From: Dimorphilus gyrociliatus
Lineage: Eukaryota > Animalia > Annelida
Reading direction: 5' to 3'
Assembly: GCA_904063045.1 (NCBI GenBank)
Contig: CAJFCJ010000033.1
Span: 62,001 to 126,000, forward strand
DNA length: 64,000 nt
The notes under the pieces are model-generated. The model was not told where the DNA came from. It worked only from the letters and a program-made list of their open reading frames with translations, and ran no database searches. The translations under genes were made by a program, and so were the position numbers. This document shows positions 1 through 20,900 of this stretch, piece after piece (within the stretch, counting starts at the first letter, position 1; every line of letters starts with the position of its first letter).

Positions 1-516
1 AAGTCAAATAAAAGTAGTCTTTCTTTGGTTGTCTTTAGTCGATCGCCGTTCAGAGACTGAATGTCCAAACCAGAAATTTTCCCCTTAAAATATACTATCG
101 TTGAGTATTAATTAATCTGCTTACAACTGACAAGAAATAACGCTGAGTAGATGTCAGCTGTAAAAAATGTCTACGGAACACAGTTAAATGATCAACACGA
201 CCTATGATGTAAATTTCTATAGAAATGATGGAAAACTTAACAAGAAAATATTCAAAAAAAACTACCCAAATTCTATTAATATTTAATAATCTCTCCTTTT
301 TTTTTTTAAAAAAAAATATCTTTCGCTAATTATTTCTTTAGCAGAAATTTTAAAGTCTTATGTAGAACGTCTCGAAAAAGCCAGACAAAATTTATATTAA
401 CCTAAATAGGAATAGTTCACCTCCATCTCTTTAGGAAAAGGCCTAAACTTTCTTAAAAGTCTCTCTACTCGATAACGTGGCCAACGTTTAACCCAATTAA
501 TATAAATATATAATGT
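1..516 (-). CDS. Possible internal exons of an unidentified gene running off the left edge
   Basis: Phase-compatible minus-strand exons 516-402 (TLYIYINWVKRWPRYRVERLLRKFRPFPKEMEVNYSYL) and 216-~125 (EIYIIGRVDHLTVFRRHFLQLTSTQRYFLSV), then ~85-1 (GKISGLDIQSLNGDRLKTTKERLLLFD). No family recognised; the last implied intron is unusually short (~41-44 nt). Confidence 0.35.
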
Positions 517-914
517 CTATAGTTTGTTCTTTTTTTTTTAATAAGGAAAAGTATACTTTCTTCGTTCAAACAAAAAGAAAAAAAGTTAAAAGTTTTTTCT
601 TTAAAAAAAAAGTTTTTAAATAAATTTTATATTAAAATGAAAAGAATTATAAGAGAAAGTTTCAATAAGAACTTTTTAAAATAAGTTATTATATAATTAG
701 CAATAGAGATCATAAATTTGAAAGAGTATAACGGAAAGGTTGGCCTAGTTCAATGACCTGATTATAATTTTGGCTAGTCTAACGATAAATCTACATATAT
801 GTACTGTAAATTTGTTCATGTGTCCAGCTGAATATATAGGACATAAAGTATGACGAAGCGTAAAAAAAAACTTGTAAAAGAAAAGATTAAAGGTAAAAGA
901 ATGACTTTCTAATA

Positions 915-3900
915 ATGTCTATACTTAATGGAATACCCTTAAATGATCTTAAAGACTATCATTTCTTTCATTCACTCTCCAAGCTATCGTTAATAATGAT
1001 GATCAAAATACTTATATGGTCTCTTCTTAACGTATCTATATCATCTAAAAAGTTTAAAATTGGCTTATTAGCACCAATGACCAAATCCTATAGTGGTTTT
1101 TCCGGAATGACAAGCGCGGCTGCCGTAGACATCGCCATTCAAACTATCAACTCTAACCCCAAATGGAACGCCGACGGTGAGATCGAATTGAGGTAAGCAA
1201 ATAACCTAACAAACAAAGTTTATTATTTAAACTCTCCTTTCCTTTGTTTATGCTTTTATATTTCACTTTTCGCCTCTAAAGCATGGTCTATAGAGATTCG
1301 GATTGCGATAGTCTTTTAACGGTCGGTCATACTTGTGATCTCCTTGTTAATGAAACAATAGACGCACTCATCGGCCCCCCTTGTTCCAGAGGTAGATAGC
1401 TGTTGATATATTTGTATAGCGAGTAAAACCATCAATCTCTTTCCGTTTAGCTTGTAAACCGGCCGCCGAATTGGCGTCATTCTATAATGTTCCTATAATA
1501 AGTTGGGTAGCGACGGATTACGGCCTAAGAGATAGAACAAGATATACAACGTTGGCAAGAACGTCCATTCGGTAAACTCGGAGCCTTCCTTAAAATTATT
1601 TTCGACTCGTACAAATGGAATAGAATCGCCGCTGTCATGTTCGAAGGTCTTGTCTGGGAAGACGCCGGCGAATCAATTACTAAAGTACTCAAAGATCGAA
1701 ATATTGAACTAGTAGTTCTTGAAAAATATAAAAACGATCCATCGAAAACTTTCATTAATAGCGTATTAGAAAAAATCAGAGTTAGGGCAAGAAGTAAGTC
1801 TTTTCCTATATAAAATAAACAAAAAAATACATTTAAACTCTCTTATTTACTTTTATCTTTTATTGCTGTCGTCGTATCAAGTTGTTGCTCTAATTAATCC
1901 GCGAGAACATAGGAGGAAGTTTCTTCTTAGAGCCCACGAAAAGGGTATGACGAATGGCGATTACGTCTTTTATACTATGGACATACTTCCCCAGGAAGAC
2001 ATTCTCAATTCAATGCAAACTTGGCAAGGGAACGACGGCAGAGACTCAACTGCCAAACAGGCTTTTGAATCAGTTTTTCACGTATAATACATATAACAAT
2101 TAATTGAAATATTTACTTTTTAACATTGGCTTAAATGCATGTCAAAATTAACAGATCGTGTTAGCCGCTCCGAGCAGTGTGGCTCAGAGTCAGTTTCGAG
2201 GCGAAGTTGCCAGAAGGATGAGATTCCCACCTTGGAACGTCAACTTACCTCCAGGCACACTGGTGTGATGATCCTTCAACATCTATTTCATCATAAAGTA
2301 ATTAGGAATTTTTTGTCTTAGGGTGATCCATTCGCCGCTTTCCTGCATGACGCTGTTCTGATTTATAGTATCGGGCTAAATGTAACCTTAAAACTAGGAC
2401 AGGTTGGGACATATTACATACATATATATATATATACAGTATATATACTGTATAGTATATATGACAATTGAAAAATGAAAGTTCCTCATTAACGTTTATT
2501 TCTCAATTTCCATCTAAAGAATCCCAGAAATGGAGAAGCAGTAATTAGTAATTTGAAAGAAAAATTCTTTCAAGGTTTTAATTGCTATTGTCCTTTTTTT
2601 GGATAACACTCTGTATGAATAATCCGTTTAATTCTTTTTTAAGGGATGTCAGGTAATATTGTTTTAGACGGAAATGCTGATAGGGAACCAGATTTTTGGA
2701 TAATGGATATGAATCCTGCAACTGGAATTTTTGAAAAGATGGCAGAAGTTCTTAATACCGATGACGGACATATGGAGTTTAGGAGGGATATTCAGCCACC
2801 TTATTGGCCAAATGGCTTGACTGGTCACGAAAACGCTCCTGAAGATATACCTAAATGTGGTTTTCTCAATGAATTATGCGTTGAAGCGGGTAAATTAATT
2901 GTTCTCCTCCTACTCCATCATTTTCTATATAGCTTTATATTAATTATATTAGATAACTCTTGGATATCAATTGTCGCCTCGTTAATTGCTCTAATCTCTA
3001 TTGGTGGACTATTGGGTGTGGGTTTCTATTTCTATAGAAAATCCCAGTTTGAGAATAGGTTGTTGGCTGCTTCTTGGAAGATTTCTTTGGAAGAATTAGA
3101 ATTACTTAAAACTCAAGGAACATCAAGCAATGTGAATTGAAAATATTAAATTTTTCTTTATCTTAAATCCATCTAATTAATATTCATACTCGTATCAAAT
3201 TGATTTAAATAGATTAGTTTAAGTAGTAAATCAACAACCTCAAATTCAAATGAGGAACCTGCTCCTCCTGTTAAAACCGAAACTGTTTCAAAATCAATAA
3301 ACTCTTTTGGCCAAGTGTCTCAAGTATTTACCGAAATAAGTCTCTACAAAGGTACTCTAGCATCTCTTAAGCCGGTGAAAAAAGACCACGTAGAACTATC
3401 GAGAAAAGTTTTAATAGAATTTGGCGAAGTACAATTATTTCAATTATCCAAATGTTAATTAGTCTTCATAAACTACTTTTTATAGATAAGAGATATTTCT
3501 CACGAGAATCTTAACACGTTTCTCGGGGCTTGCGTCTCTCCTCAAAATATATACGTACTCTGGCAATATTGCAAACGTGGCAGTATACAGGTGATGTATA
3601 AACTATACATAAGTAATAGCCAGTTATTTAATAACTAATAAACAATAACGTATAAAGGATGTCGTTATGAACGACGATTTAAAATTGGAATCAAACTTCA
3701 AAATGTCGTTTATGATTGATATAGTTAAAGGAATGCTTTATTTGCACAAATCTATATTGCATTCTAATGGAAATCTTAAAAGCTCTAATTGCCTCGTTAA
3801 CGAACGTTGGACAGTTAAAGTCTGCTATAAGAACAATTTTTTTTTACAATAGAATAGCAAAGCTATACTTTGTTTGTTTGTTTGTCATATTTTAGATAAC

Positions 3901-4597
3901 GGATTACGGATTAAATAATTTCTTAGATGGACAAATTTATGAGGATTCTCAACAATATGAACTCTACAAACGTTTGTATTTTTGTATACTTTTTCCTCTG
4001 CAACAATATGTAAGACTTAAATAATCGATTAGAATCTATTGTATGCAACTTACAAGAACTATTCGTTTTACAGTTTCCTCTATATTATTCCGTAAGCTAG
4101 GAATATATTAAAATAAAGAGAACATCTAGAAATAGCTACTCAGCAATATCCTTTTGTGTTATAGACACAATTACGTATCGTAAGAATCCTATTCCAGTTT
4201 TTTTTTTCTCTTCTTCGATATATTCTCTCTTTTGTCTATAGTTTATTTTTAACTTTTCCTTTATCATCTTCTTTTATTAAACATTTAGCGAAGGCTTAAC
4301 AACGAATTTTGAGTTGTCGAAAACCAAACAAAACGTTGATTTACTTGGTTCTCGGCTGACTCAAAGCTCTTTGTCCAGCAGAGAAGAAAAAGATAAATTT
4401 TCCTCTTATCCATATTCCTTTTCTTTGTTAGAATTGCTTTCTCTTTCAAGACTAGAAGATTATCAAGTGATTGTTATCGAAATTATAAATATCTCGGCAA
4501 TTTCCGACTACAACCACTCGAAATTTCTAGAATGAACTGCTTCCAACGGCGACTGTTTCATAACTAACAGATACGCTTTCAAATCTCGCTAGGTCTC

Positions 4598-4640
<43 letters not shown>

Positions 4641-6759
4641 TCACTGTTACTTTTTCGATTTAATTAATATATTCGATTTTTAGACTTTGGACTTGTGATA
4701 ATTTAGAATTCTAAATGTCTTAAAGCTGAATAAAAAAGTAGTATTTAACCACGCCTTAGATGATATATAATCTTTTAGATACTATACATATACTATATAT
4801 AAATAAATTTATATTTATACACGTACGTACAAATGCTGTAGGCTTAGAATTTTTTGTCTTTGAAAAATATTGAAATTGTCATTCAAGGTTATTGACTTTT
4901 TATTTTTTTTTTAAAGGAAAATTATGGACCGCTCCTGAAATTCTTCGAGAAAATTATCCGCCGCTAAAGGGAAGTCAGAAGGGAGACGTATACAGTTTTG
5001 CTATTATCTGTAGCGAAATCCTAAATAGAAGTGAACCTTATTCATTTAATGAAATGACACCTAGAGGTTAAACTTGAATTCTTTTGCTCTCCCATCTCCT
5101 TCTCTATCTTAATATCTTAATCTCTTCTTCTTAATTAAAAAAAGATTAACAAGATAAAAAAAAAGCAAAAAATGCACAATTGTATTAGTATAGAATTACA
5201 TATTAAACAAAGGAGAATAATAAAAAATAGGCATTTTATTAAATGTCCATATCGACAGCTTATTTCAATAAATTAACTTTAAATACCTTCTAAGTACCAA
5301 TTATATTCCTTTTATTTTTTTTTTGGACGATTACAGACGTGGTACACAGAATACGCAACTCCGAAAGTATTCCCTTTAGACCCAAATTACCGGAAAACTG
5401 TGAATTTGGTTATAAAATGATTGAATTAATTCATAACATGTGGCACGATATTCCGGAGGAGAGACCAACTTTTTCGTCAATTAGAGGATCTTTACTTAGA
5501 TTAAATAGAGGAGAGTAAGAGATAATTAACTATTTAATTACTTTATTTAATAAATTTCTAATTTAAATATATTAATTATTCATGATGTAAAACTCTTTCA
5601 ATTTTCCAAAGTTAATGTTGTTGATACAATATTGGAAATGATGAATAGATACGCTAAAAATCTGGAAACAACTGTACAAGAGAGAACCGAACAAATAAGC
5701 GAGGAGAAGGCTAAGAGTGACCGTCTTCTATCCAGAATCCTACCACTGTATCATTAATCTTTTCTTTTTTTATGATTAATTTCTAACATAGTTTATGTTT
5801 TTCTTTAAAAAAAAAACCAAATGTAAAGTACTATTGTTGAACATCTTAAAGCCGGAACGAAAATAGAACCAGAGAGCTATAGAGAGAGTAGTATCTATTT
5901 CTCTGATATTGTTGGATTTACCACATTATCGTCTGATAGCACTCCTATGCAGGTCCATTTCGATAATTAACCATTTTCGTTATTAGTTTTATTAATATTT
6001 AATAGATTGTCGACTTTTTAAATGATTTGTACACTTGCTTCGATGGCGTTGTTTCCGATCATGACGTTTACAAAGTGGAAACAATCGGAGATGCTTATAT
6101 GGTTGAAATTTAACGACACTAAGTGTTTTATCACACTTTCAATTGAATCCTCTTCTACAATTTTTAGGTAGTTTCCGGTGTACCGAATAGGAACGGAAGG
6201 AAACATCTAACTGAAATAGCCGACATCTCTTTGGATTTGCTTTCTTCAGTTACGAATTTTTGTATTCGTCATCGACCTAAAGAGCAGCTAAGATTACGTA
6301 TTGGTTAGTACAGATTTCTCTCAATCCAATCAGTTTATATATATTATCATCTTTAATATCAATAGGCCTCCACACTGGTCCAGTTGTCGCCGGTGTAATT
6401 GGTAATGTAATGCCGAGGTATGTATAATATAATTATCGCCAATAGTTTCCATAAAGAAATTCGGGTAAATGTATAGATATTGCCTATTTGGAGATACCGT
6501 AAATTTAGCCAGCAAGATGGAATCTTGCGGAAAACCTCTAAGAATTCATTTAAGCGAAGATATCTTCAAATGTCTAACGGAATTTGGTCTTTATTCCATG
6601 ATTAAAAGGGGTAATATAAACATTAAGGTAGGATAGGATGGAAACAGAAATCATTTTTTATTCTGACTGTCTTATATTACAAAGGGCAAGGGTTTCTTAA
6701 CTACTTATTGGCTTTATGGAAAACAAGGCTACGACAAACCTTTACCAGATTTCGATTAG
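915..6759 (+). CDS. Receptor (membrane) guanylate cyclase, natriuretic-peptide-receptor-like; ~20 exons; apparent frameshift in exon 3
   Basis: Signal peptide (likely ATG 996/999), ligand-binding ectodomain ([15 protein letters not shown]), TM ([26 protein letters not shown]), kinase-homology domain ([27 protein letters not shown]), coiled coil, cyclase domain ([42 protein letters not shown]); stop TAG 6757-6759. GTP-specifying E and C residues present. Confidence 0.95.
4602..4635. repeat. (CT)n microsatellite in guanylate cyclase intron
   Basis: Direct reading of ctctct run. Confidence 0.95.
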
Positions 6760-7538
6760 TAGGTCAAATAATTTATCGAATCTTATCATTATTAATACAT
6801 TTTTATAGTAAAGAAGATGTGTCACTATAAAAGAATGAAGAAAATGTTCACTTCTCTGCACGCATTTGTAATTTTTTGTAACAAGGCCCAGCACCAGTGG
6901 AATATATATATATATATAGAATTTATATAGAGTACACAATTTATTCAAAGAGCAAGCAGATTTCTATATATATTCCATTTAATATACGAAAGACAAGGAA
7001 AGAAGAAGGTGTCGAAAGACTTATTCTCTTTTGTTTTTTAAAACAAACAAAAACACAATGGTACTTCACTGCAAAATGCACAAATGAAAGAAATTGATAA
7101 GATTTGGCGAATGAGCGAAGGATAAAAAGTTAAATTTCTAAAATAGTAAAAGTTTATTTTTGTTTTTTCATTAAAAATCATTAAGCACCTTTTTTTTAAA
7201 AATATGAATTATTACAGTAGATAATGGTAACACTAAGAAGGTTTGCAATAATATCATTTTGTTAGTTTACTAGTTGTTTGTGTGGATAATACAGAAAAAC
7301 AAAAAAAAGAGAAAGATTTTCCCTGCTAAATGAAGTTTTCTTTCTATTCTTTTCTTTTCCTTATAGGGAAGCTATTTCAATATCTCTTCTTCTAAAGTCC
7401 TTTTTTCATTTTAAAACACAATATAGAAAAAAAGGGGCACTATAGGGTAGAGGAAGAGGGATTGAGAGAGAAAAAAGAGACAACTACCCTAATACTACGA
7501 AATCAATAGCTACGATCCAAAAGATTTGTTTCATTCAT

Positions 7539-14791
<7,253 letters not shown>

Positions 14792-14920
14792 TATTTCATT
14801 GAAAGTATAATTAATCAAGTAAGATCCTCTTTTAATTAATCCGATTTATCACTTGAAGCAAACTACACCTCGCCAACTAACTCTACAGATAGGGTATTTC
14901 CGTAAACTTATTTTGGTATT

Positions 14921-14932
14921 CCGGAAGTGACG
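14921..14932 (+). promoter_or_regulatory. ETS-type site CCGGAAGTG overlapping CRE half-site TGACG in vinculin/Homer divergent promoter
   Basis: ccggaagtgacg, 130 nt upstream of vinculin ATG; matches GABP/ELK consensus; function is inference. Confidence 0.5.
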
Positions 14933-15652
14933 ATATAAACAGTTCCCTCCTCTTTTAAAAATTCGCTTAAAATGTTATATTCTTGAATTCTTTATAGAAA
15001 TCCTTCTTAGAGAAAGAATTAAAATATTTAAGTTTTAAATTCTTCTTACGTTTGTGCCGATTGTGAAGAGTAATTTAAAAAGTTACAATCATATAATAAA
15101 AATCTAGCGCTAGATGGTGCTAAAATCGCTAAAACAAAATTTTAATTACTTATCTTAAATATTATTGAATAATAAAAAAAAGTTTATTTTTAAAGTTTCG
15201 TGTGCTTAATTTACAAAAAATAGCCGAAAAAATTTTGCAAGTGAACAGGTATCCAGGCTATTTTTAATAAGGCGTCCAAAACAGCAGACGAACGATCCAA
15301 CAATAGATAGCCGAAATATTGTGAATTACTATCATATTGCAACGTTTTTTTACTCTAAAAGAATACGCATTTTTTCCTTTTCACATTAAATCGTTTTCGG
15401 AATTTCTTGGTAAGTTTAAATTTCAGTATTAGTCAGTTTTTATGGTATGCAATAACGACGATTGATTCTCTCACATAAAGAATTCTTGTAAGACGTATAA
15501 AAGCAGGCAATTCTAAATTATCTAAATAGACCTGTTTTGAGCTTTTGAATGATATTGTTTACAAAGGTTTAACAAAAGTTTACTCCTATATTGAAATATT
15601 TTTTGGAATGGTATAATTATTTTGGAACCAATTTTTTTCAGGCCTCCGTAAC

Positions 15653-16648
15653 ATGGGAGAACAGCCGATTTTTAAAGTGAGAGCTTTTGTATTCCAAATA
15701 GACCCAGAGTCTAAAAAAAGTTGGGTTAAAGTTAGCTCTGGCGAAGTTGACGTAAACTTTTATAAGGATGTTGCTAATAAGGCCTATAGAATAATTAGTG
15801 TAGAAGGAACAAAAGCACTTATTAATAGTACACTAACACCAAATATGGTGTTTAATCGCACCTCTCCAAAATTTGGGCAGTGGTCCGATAGTCGAGCCAG
15901 CACTATTTACGGATTAGGATTTCCACAAGATATTCTATTGGAAAAATTTCAGGAGCATTTCAAGGAAATAGTTGACTTACTTAAGAATGAAGAAAATATC
16001 TTTTCGACCTCAAATGATATTCAAAACAATTCTAAGCCTTTACCGGAAGACAAGCGAAACTCCCTTCAGAATATGGACTCACTCAAATATGAAAATGATC
16101 GCTTGAAATTAGCTCTTGCGACCAGTTCAAACAATGCTAAAAAGTGGGAGGTTGAACTTCAAACTTTGAAAAATAATAACGTTAGACTAACAACTGCCCT
16201 TCAAGAATCTACAGCGAATGTAGAAGAATGGAAAAAACAATTAGAAGCTTATAAGGATGAAAATGCTAAAATGAAACGAGCCCAACAACAGAACGGCGGC
16301 GGTGTCCAAGTTATGGAATTAAAACGAGAATTAACTGATAATGTTGATAAAATCGTTGATTTGGAAAGATCGAATAAACGAAAACAGCAGGAGATAGACG
16401 AACTTGTAATTAAGTTGCAAGGTGCCCAAAAGAGCGTCTCCGAAAGTAATAAACTTGCCGAAGCCTTACGCAATACTGAACATCAATTAGATATTGCTAA
16501 ACAGCAAATTATTGATTTAAAGCGACAAATAAATGAGTCGAGAAACAGTCAGAGTCAACAGAAAACCAAAGTTACGACAATTCAAGAACAAATTCGTGCT
16601 AAAATTCACGAACTTTCACAATTGAATGATAAAATGCTCTTGGAGTGA
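15653..16648 (+). CDS. HOMER: Homer (EVH1 + coiled coil), 331 aa, no intron in CDS
   Basis: MGEQPIF..VFQIDP..KKSW, IISVEGTKALINST, KFGQWSDSRASTIYGLGF; coiled coil SLKYENDRLKLALATSSNNAKKWEVELQTLKNNNVRLTTALQES. Probable 5'UTR intron 15410 (gtaagt) to 15640 (tttttttcag). Confidence 0.96.
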   Translation: MGEQPIFKVRAFVFQIDPESKKSWVKVSSGEVDVNFYKDVANKAYRIISVEGTKALINSTLTPNMVFNRTSPKFGQWSDSRASTIYGLGFPQDILLEKFQEHFKEIVDLLKNEENIFSTSNDIQNNSKPLPEDKRNSLQNMDSLKYENDRLKLALATSSNNAKKWEVELQTLKNNNVRLTTALQESTANVEEWKKQLEAYKDENAKMKRAQQQNGGGVQVMELKRELTDNVDKIVDLERSNKRKQQEIDELVIKLQGAQKSVSESNKLAEALRNTEHQLDIAKQQIIDLKRQINESRNSQSQQKTKVTTIQEQIRAKIHELSQLNDKMLLE

Positions 16649-17950
16649 GTTTTATTTTATTGAATGATTTTACGTTTTGTTTTTTGTAGTCATCGTGATC
16701 GACAGAGAAGTTTTATTTATTTTTATTTTTTTATAGACAGAATTATTCATTTCTATATTTAGCTAGGTCTAGCCTCTATGTTACATGTCGTGTTTTACAT
16801 TCTATCTAACTGAATCGAATCTAAACACTTGATATTCAATTAAATTAATTTATCATTAATTATTAATACATATCATTTATATATTTTTTTTTAGAGATTC
16901 ATCAACTATTGGCAGTAACCAATACATATTTTATATCGTTTATGAGCAGTAAGTTACTAGCTATATTTTAAAATCTCTTATAGTTTTTAATTTAACTCTC
17001 CTTCCCAAATACTCCCTTTATACCCCTTAACTTTTAATACAATCGGCAATAAATAATAGTATATAATCCAAGCCAATTGTATAAAAAGTTGTATAACTAC
17101 CATTCGTAACTAACTAGACTATAATTTTAAGTATAATCTCGTTCTGTAATTGTTCGAGTAAAATCCGGACAAAACCACCTTCTTTTTTAAAACTCCTGAT
17201 ATCAAGTTAAAAAATGAAAAACTTTCAGCGTACATACTTGAAATGCCCTCTTTCTTTTTTTTATACTACTTTTAAATTTATAAAGTTTTAAATACGCCTC
17301 AAATCTATTTTCAAAGTTTCATTTTTTTTAATGAAAAATTTTTACATCAAGCATTCACTATCTGAGTATTTTCCCTGGAGAATCAATGATTTATGACACT
17401 TTTCACTAAATAATAGATTATTAGGTCTACATTATCAAATATGACGTATTTCGTATTTTGTCAATTTATTAGTTGCAGCATACATATTTCTGAGTATCAA
17501 ATATTTATCAATCATTTTTGTGCAATCTTGGCTCATAAATATATATTTTATACAATTACTTTTTCTCTTTACAAATATATTTATAACTTCAAATTATACA
17601 GTATATCTATTTTTATTAATCGTTTATTTTTTGTTGTTTTTGTTAGAAAGAAACAGTTCAAATGTTTTTATTTTGTTAGCGGTTTCCTTCAAATTTCTGC
17701 ATCGCCGCTTGCGATGTACAAGATAATGCAAGAATATTTATCATCAATAGTTTTTCTCTTTACTTACATAGAATACTTTTTTTCGGATTGCTAATCATAC
17801 GTAATTTATACATTGACTAATTATTCACATTAGTACAGAAACATCCATTTTCTTTGTTTGTTCTCTAAATGGAATAAGATCCATTACAAATTAATCGTCT
17901 TTCTATATATATGCAGTGTCCAGTTAAATTGTCATGTACAACTGTTTGCA

Positions 17951-20900
17951 ATGGTTCGAAAGAAGTTTTTTGTTATCCTTTACTTTCTGTTTGTTTTGAA
18001 AAGTCAGTTATACTCGTAAAATAAAATTCATAGAATGATATTTTATAAACTTTGTCTTTATCTCAAAAATATTACTTTCAGTTCTTTCAACTTTGAGTAC
18101 AGAAATTGAAGGAAACTTTGGCTTGCCAAGTAAGATATACAGCATTACCAAATGAGTAAATAAGTTACTTAATATTCAGAATGCAAAAACGTTTGTCCCG
18201 CTGTGGCTCTCTGCGAAAAGAATGAGTGTTACTGTGAAAGTGGATTCAGTCTGGATAATTGCAAATCAAAGTCAATAAATGGTTAGCACATTCTTAGATT
18301 TCTAATTAAATCGTTATGATATAGATATCATTCATTAAATTATGAAAAAATTATTCAGAAACTATTGTGCTTGATAATTGGTACGGGTCCATTGAAATTG
18401 ATTCAGAGAGCCCTGTTTTTCAAAAATGGAGAATAGTTGTTCCCCAAGGTATTTAGTACAACTTTATAATAGTTAAAGTACTAAGTAGATGATTAAATTT
18501 GTTCTATATGAAAAAGTCGCTGAATAAACCTTTCTCCAGATGATTGAAACCTGATAATTATTTACACACATAATTCATTATAAATTGATCATTCATATAT
18601 TTTTCCCATTACTCTAGGTAAACACATAGCTATTTGGTTTGAGAAGTTTTATCTAAAACCTGGCTTAGCCGTGTGTTCCTGTAGTCGGAGTAGCTCTTTA
18701 ACTATCGATAATAGAATCTTCTGCGGAAAGTTTCCAGCAGTGATTCAGGTATTGAATGTTTTAAATATCAAACAACTAATTTTCCTGCTATCTATTATTA
18801 ACAAATTATTTATACACGCAAATGTTACTTAGCCTCTAATTATAAATAAAAATACCGTCGAAGTAATGCTGGATGCCTGGGATACAATAAAAATCACTTT
18901 AGTTTATAGTGAGATAGGTATTTTAAAAAAATGTCTCTTTGAATTACCTTATGAAATAAAATATTTGGCCATCAGATAAACTTCCTAAAATTTTCGGTAA
19001 TAAAATTTCTGAAAATATCAATGATTGGTCTTCATCGAGAAGACTTGATTTGACGATTGATGACAATCTACGGTTTATAATTGTTTTTAGTTTTTCATTA
19101 CATCGTTTTTGATTACCAATAAGCAATTTTATCATTCAGGATTCCCTATGATGCGAATATTTTAAAATGGATTCTGTTTGTTAAATTACCTAGTGATGTT
19201 GAAGCTTTGTCAGAGTTTAAATTGGGAATATTCAGAAAAGTTGGCAACACATATAAAATTATTGGTTTGACATCACTCGATTTAACAAAACTCTACAATG
19301 GGTATTTTAACGATTTTTTGTTTAAAAATGGCACTCTGATTGCTGTGAAGAAAGATGACTATATAGGATGGGTGTCCAAACATTCTTCAGTTCCCATGGC
19401 AACAGCCAGACCTCACTCTTGCCCTAATGGAAATATCAGGGTTATAGGTATTGAAAAGAATCAAATAAATGAAGGATATATTCCTATTAAAGATGAAAAT
19501 CGATACATGGGAAGAAGTTCAGTAGCTGTATACTTTTCTGACATCAGTGAGAATGAGAAAAGTATTAAGCATTGTACGATGGAGAAAAACAATTTACAAG
19601 GTGTCTTCTATAACAAATATTTTCCTGAGAACGACAACCAAGAATGTCATATAATCTTGAATAACAGACAAGGATGGACTGGAATAACCCCTATAATATC
19701 AATAAAGTTCGTCCTAATTAAATGATATACATTTATAAAGTATTACCCTTTTCAAACAGAAATCCGTATTGGGACTTGAATGTGTACAAGGAAATTGGGC
19801 AGACCATAGTGAATATCAATAAAACCCTGGAATATACTTTACCTACTGGTGTGGCTGCAACAAGGGTAATGATAGCCTATTCTAACTACGGTTAGTTATT
19901 GTGTCAAACGTACAAAATAACAATATGACGTTCTGATTAAAATATATTTAAAGGTTGTGGAAGCAAAATAAAGGCTGTAAGTGGAGATTTGAATACTATA
20001 AAATTCCCAACACGTTCGTGTTCGTGGGAAATTATATCGTCGACTTCAAACGAAATTATTTATTTTTACATAAAAAATTTAAAATTTCCCACAAATAAGC
20101 ATTGCTCAAATTATATGCAACTTGATGATTGCACCTATCAACCTGCAAAATTATTATATAAACTCTGCAACAAAATCAAAAATTCTGATTTTTTCATTGT
20201 TTCAACATCTGGTTCAAAGTTATGTGTTAAAATTGTTAAGGAAAACGCGATGACTGAAGAACCCACTTTTTTGGCTAGTTTCTATTCAAAGATACCGAAT
20301 TATGACACAAGTAAATGATGTCTTACTAGGATACAAACATCTTACACTTTTAATCGTCCTTAAACAGGGGAAGAATCCATCAGTTTAAGAGGAAACACTT
20401 CTATGATGTTTACTACACAAGCATATAGCAGACGAATATGGAAATTTATAGGAACCAAACCAATAAAGCTAGAAATCACTGCTAACCTGGAAGCAAGAGG
20501 TTTGCGCTTTAGTTTCTTTTATATTATAATTAATTTATTCTTTTAAAATCCTATCCATGTCCTTAAATAGGACTATCAGATAGTTAAAATTTGATTAACT
20601 TATTAACTATGTTTTAGATAATATTTGCTACGACTATCTGAAAATCTTCAAGAAAATAGGACACTCCGAGATAATTTTAGGAATGATATGCCAAGAAAAC
20701 TGGAAAAAATTAATTGATTTTAGAAGCGAAGTAGTTTTTATCCAATTATATACAGATAGTTTAAATGATGGAAACTTTATTGTAACATCTTTAATCGACG
20801 AATCAACATTTAACTATGATATTCTACTCGAACTTAATCAGGACGAAGGAATTATTTCATCAAACTCTTATCCAGGAATGTTTAAAAAAATCAAATTTTG

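Noticed and set aside
15631-15640. TTTTTTTCAG just upstream of the Homer ATG as a spliced-leader trans-splice acceptor or operon signal
   Set aside because: A strong cis donor (gtaagt) at 15410 explains it as an ordinary 5'UTR intron.
17441-17794. 117-aa and 68-aa hydrophobic ORFs
   Set aside because: F/I/Y/L-rich translation of T-rich intergenic DNA with no motif or splice support.
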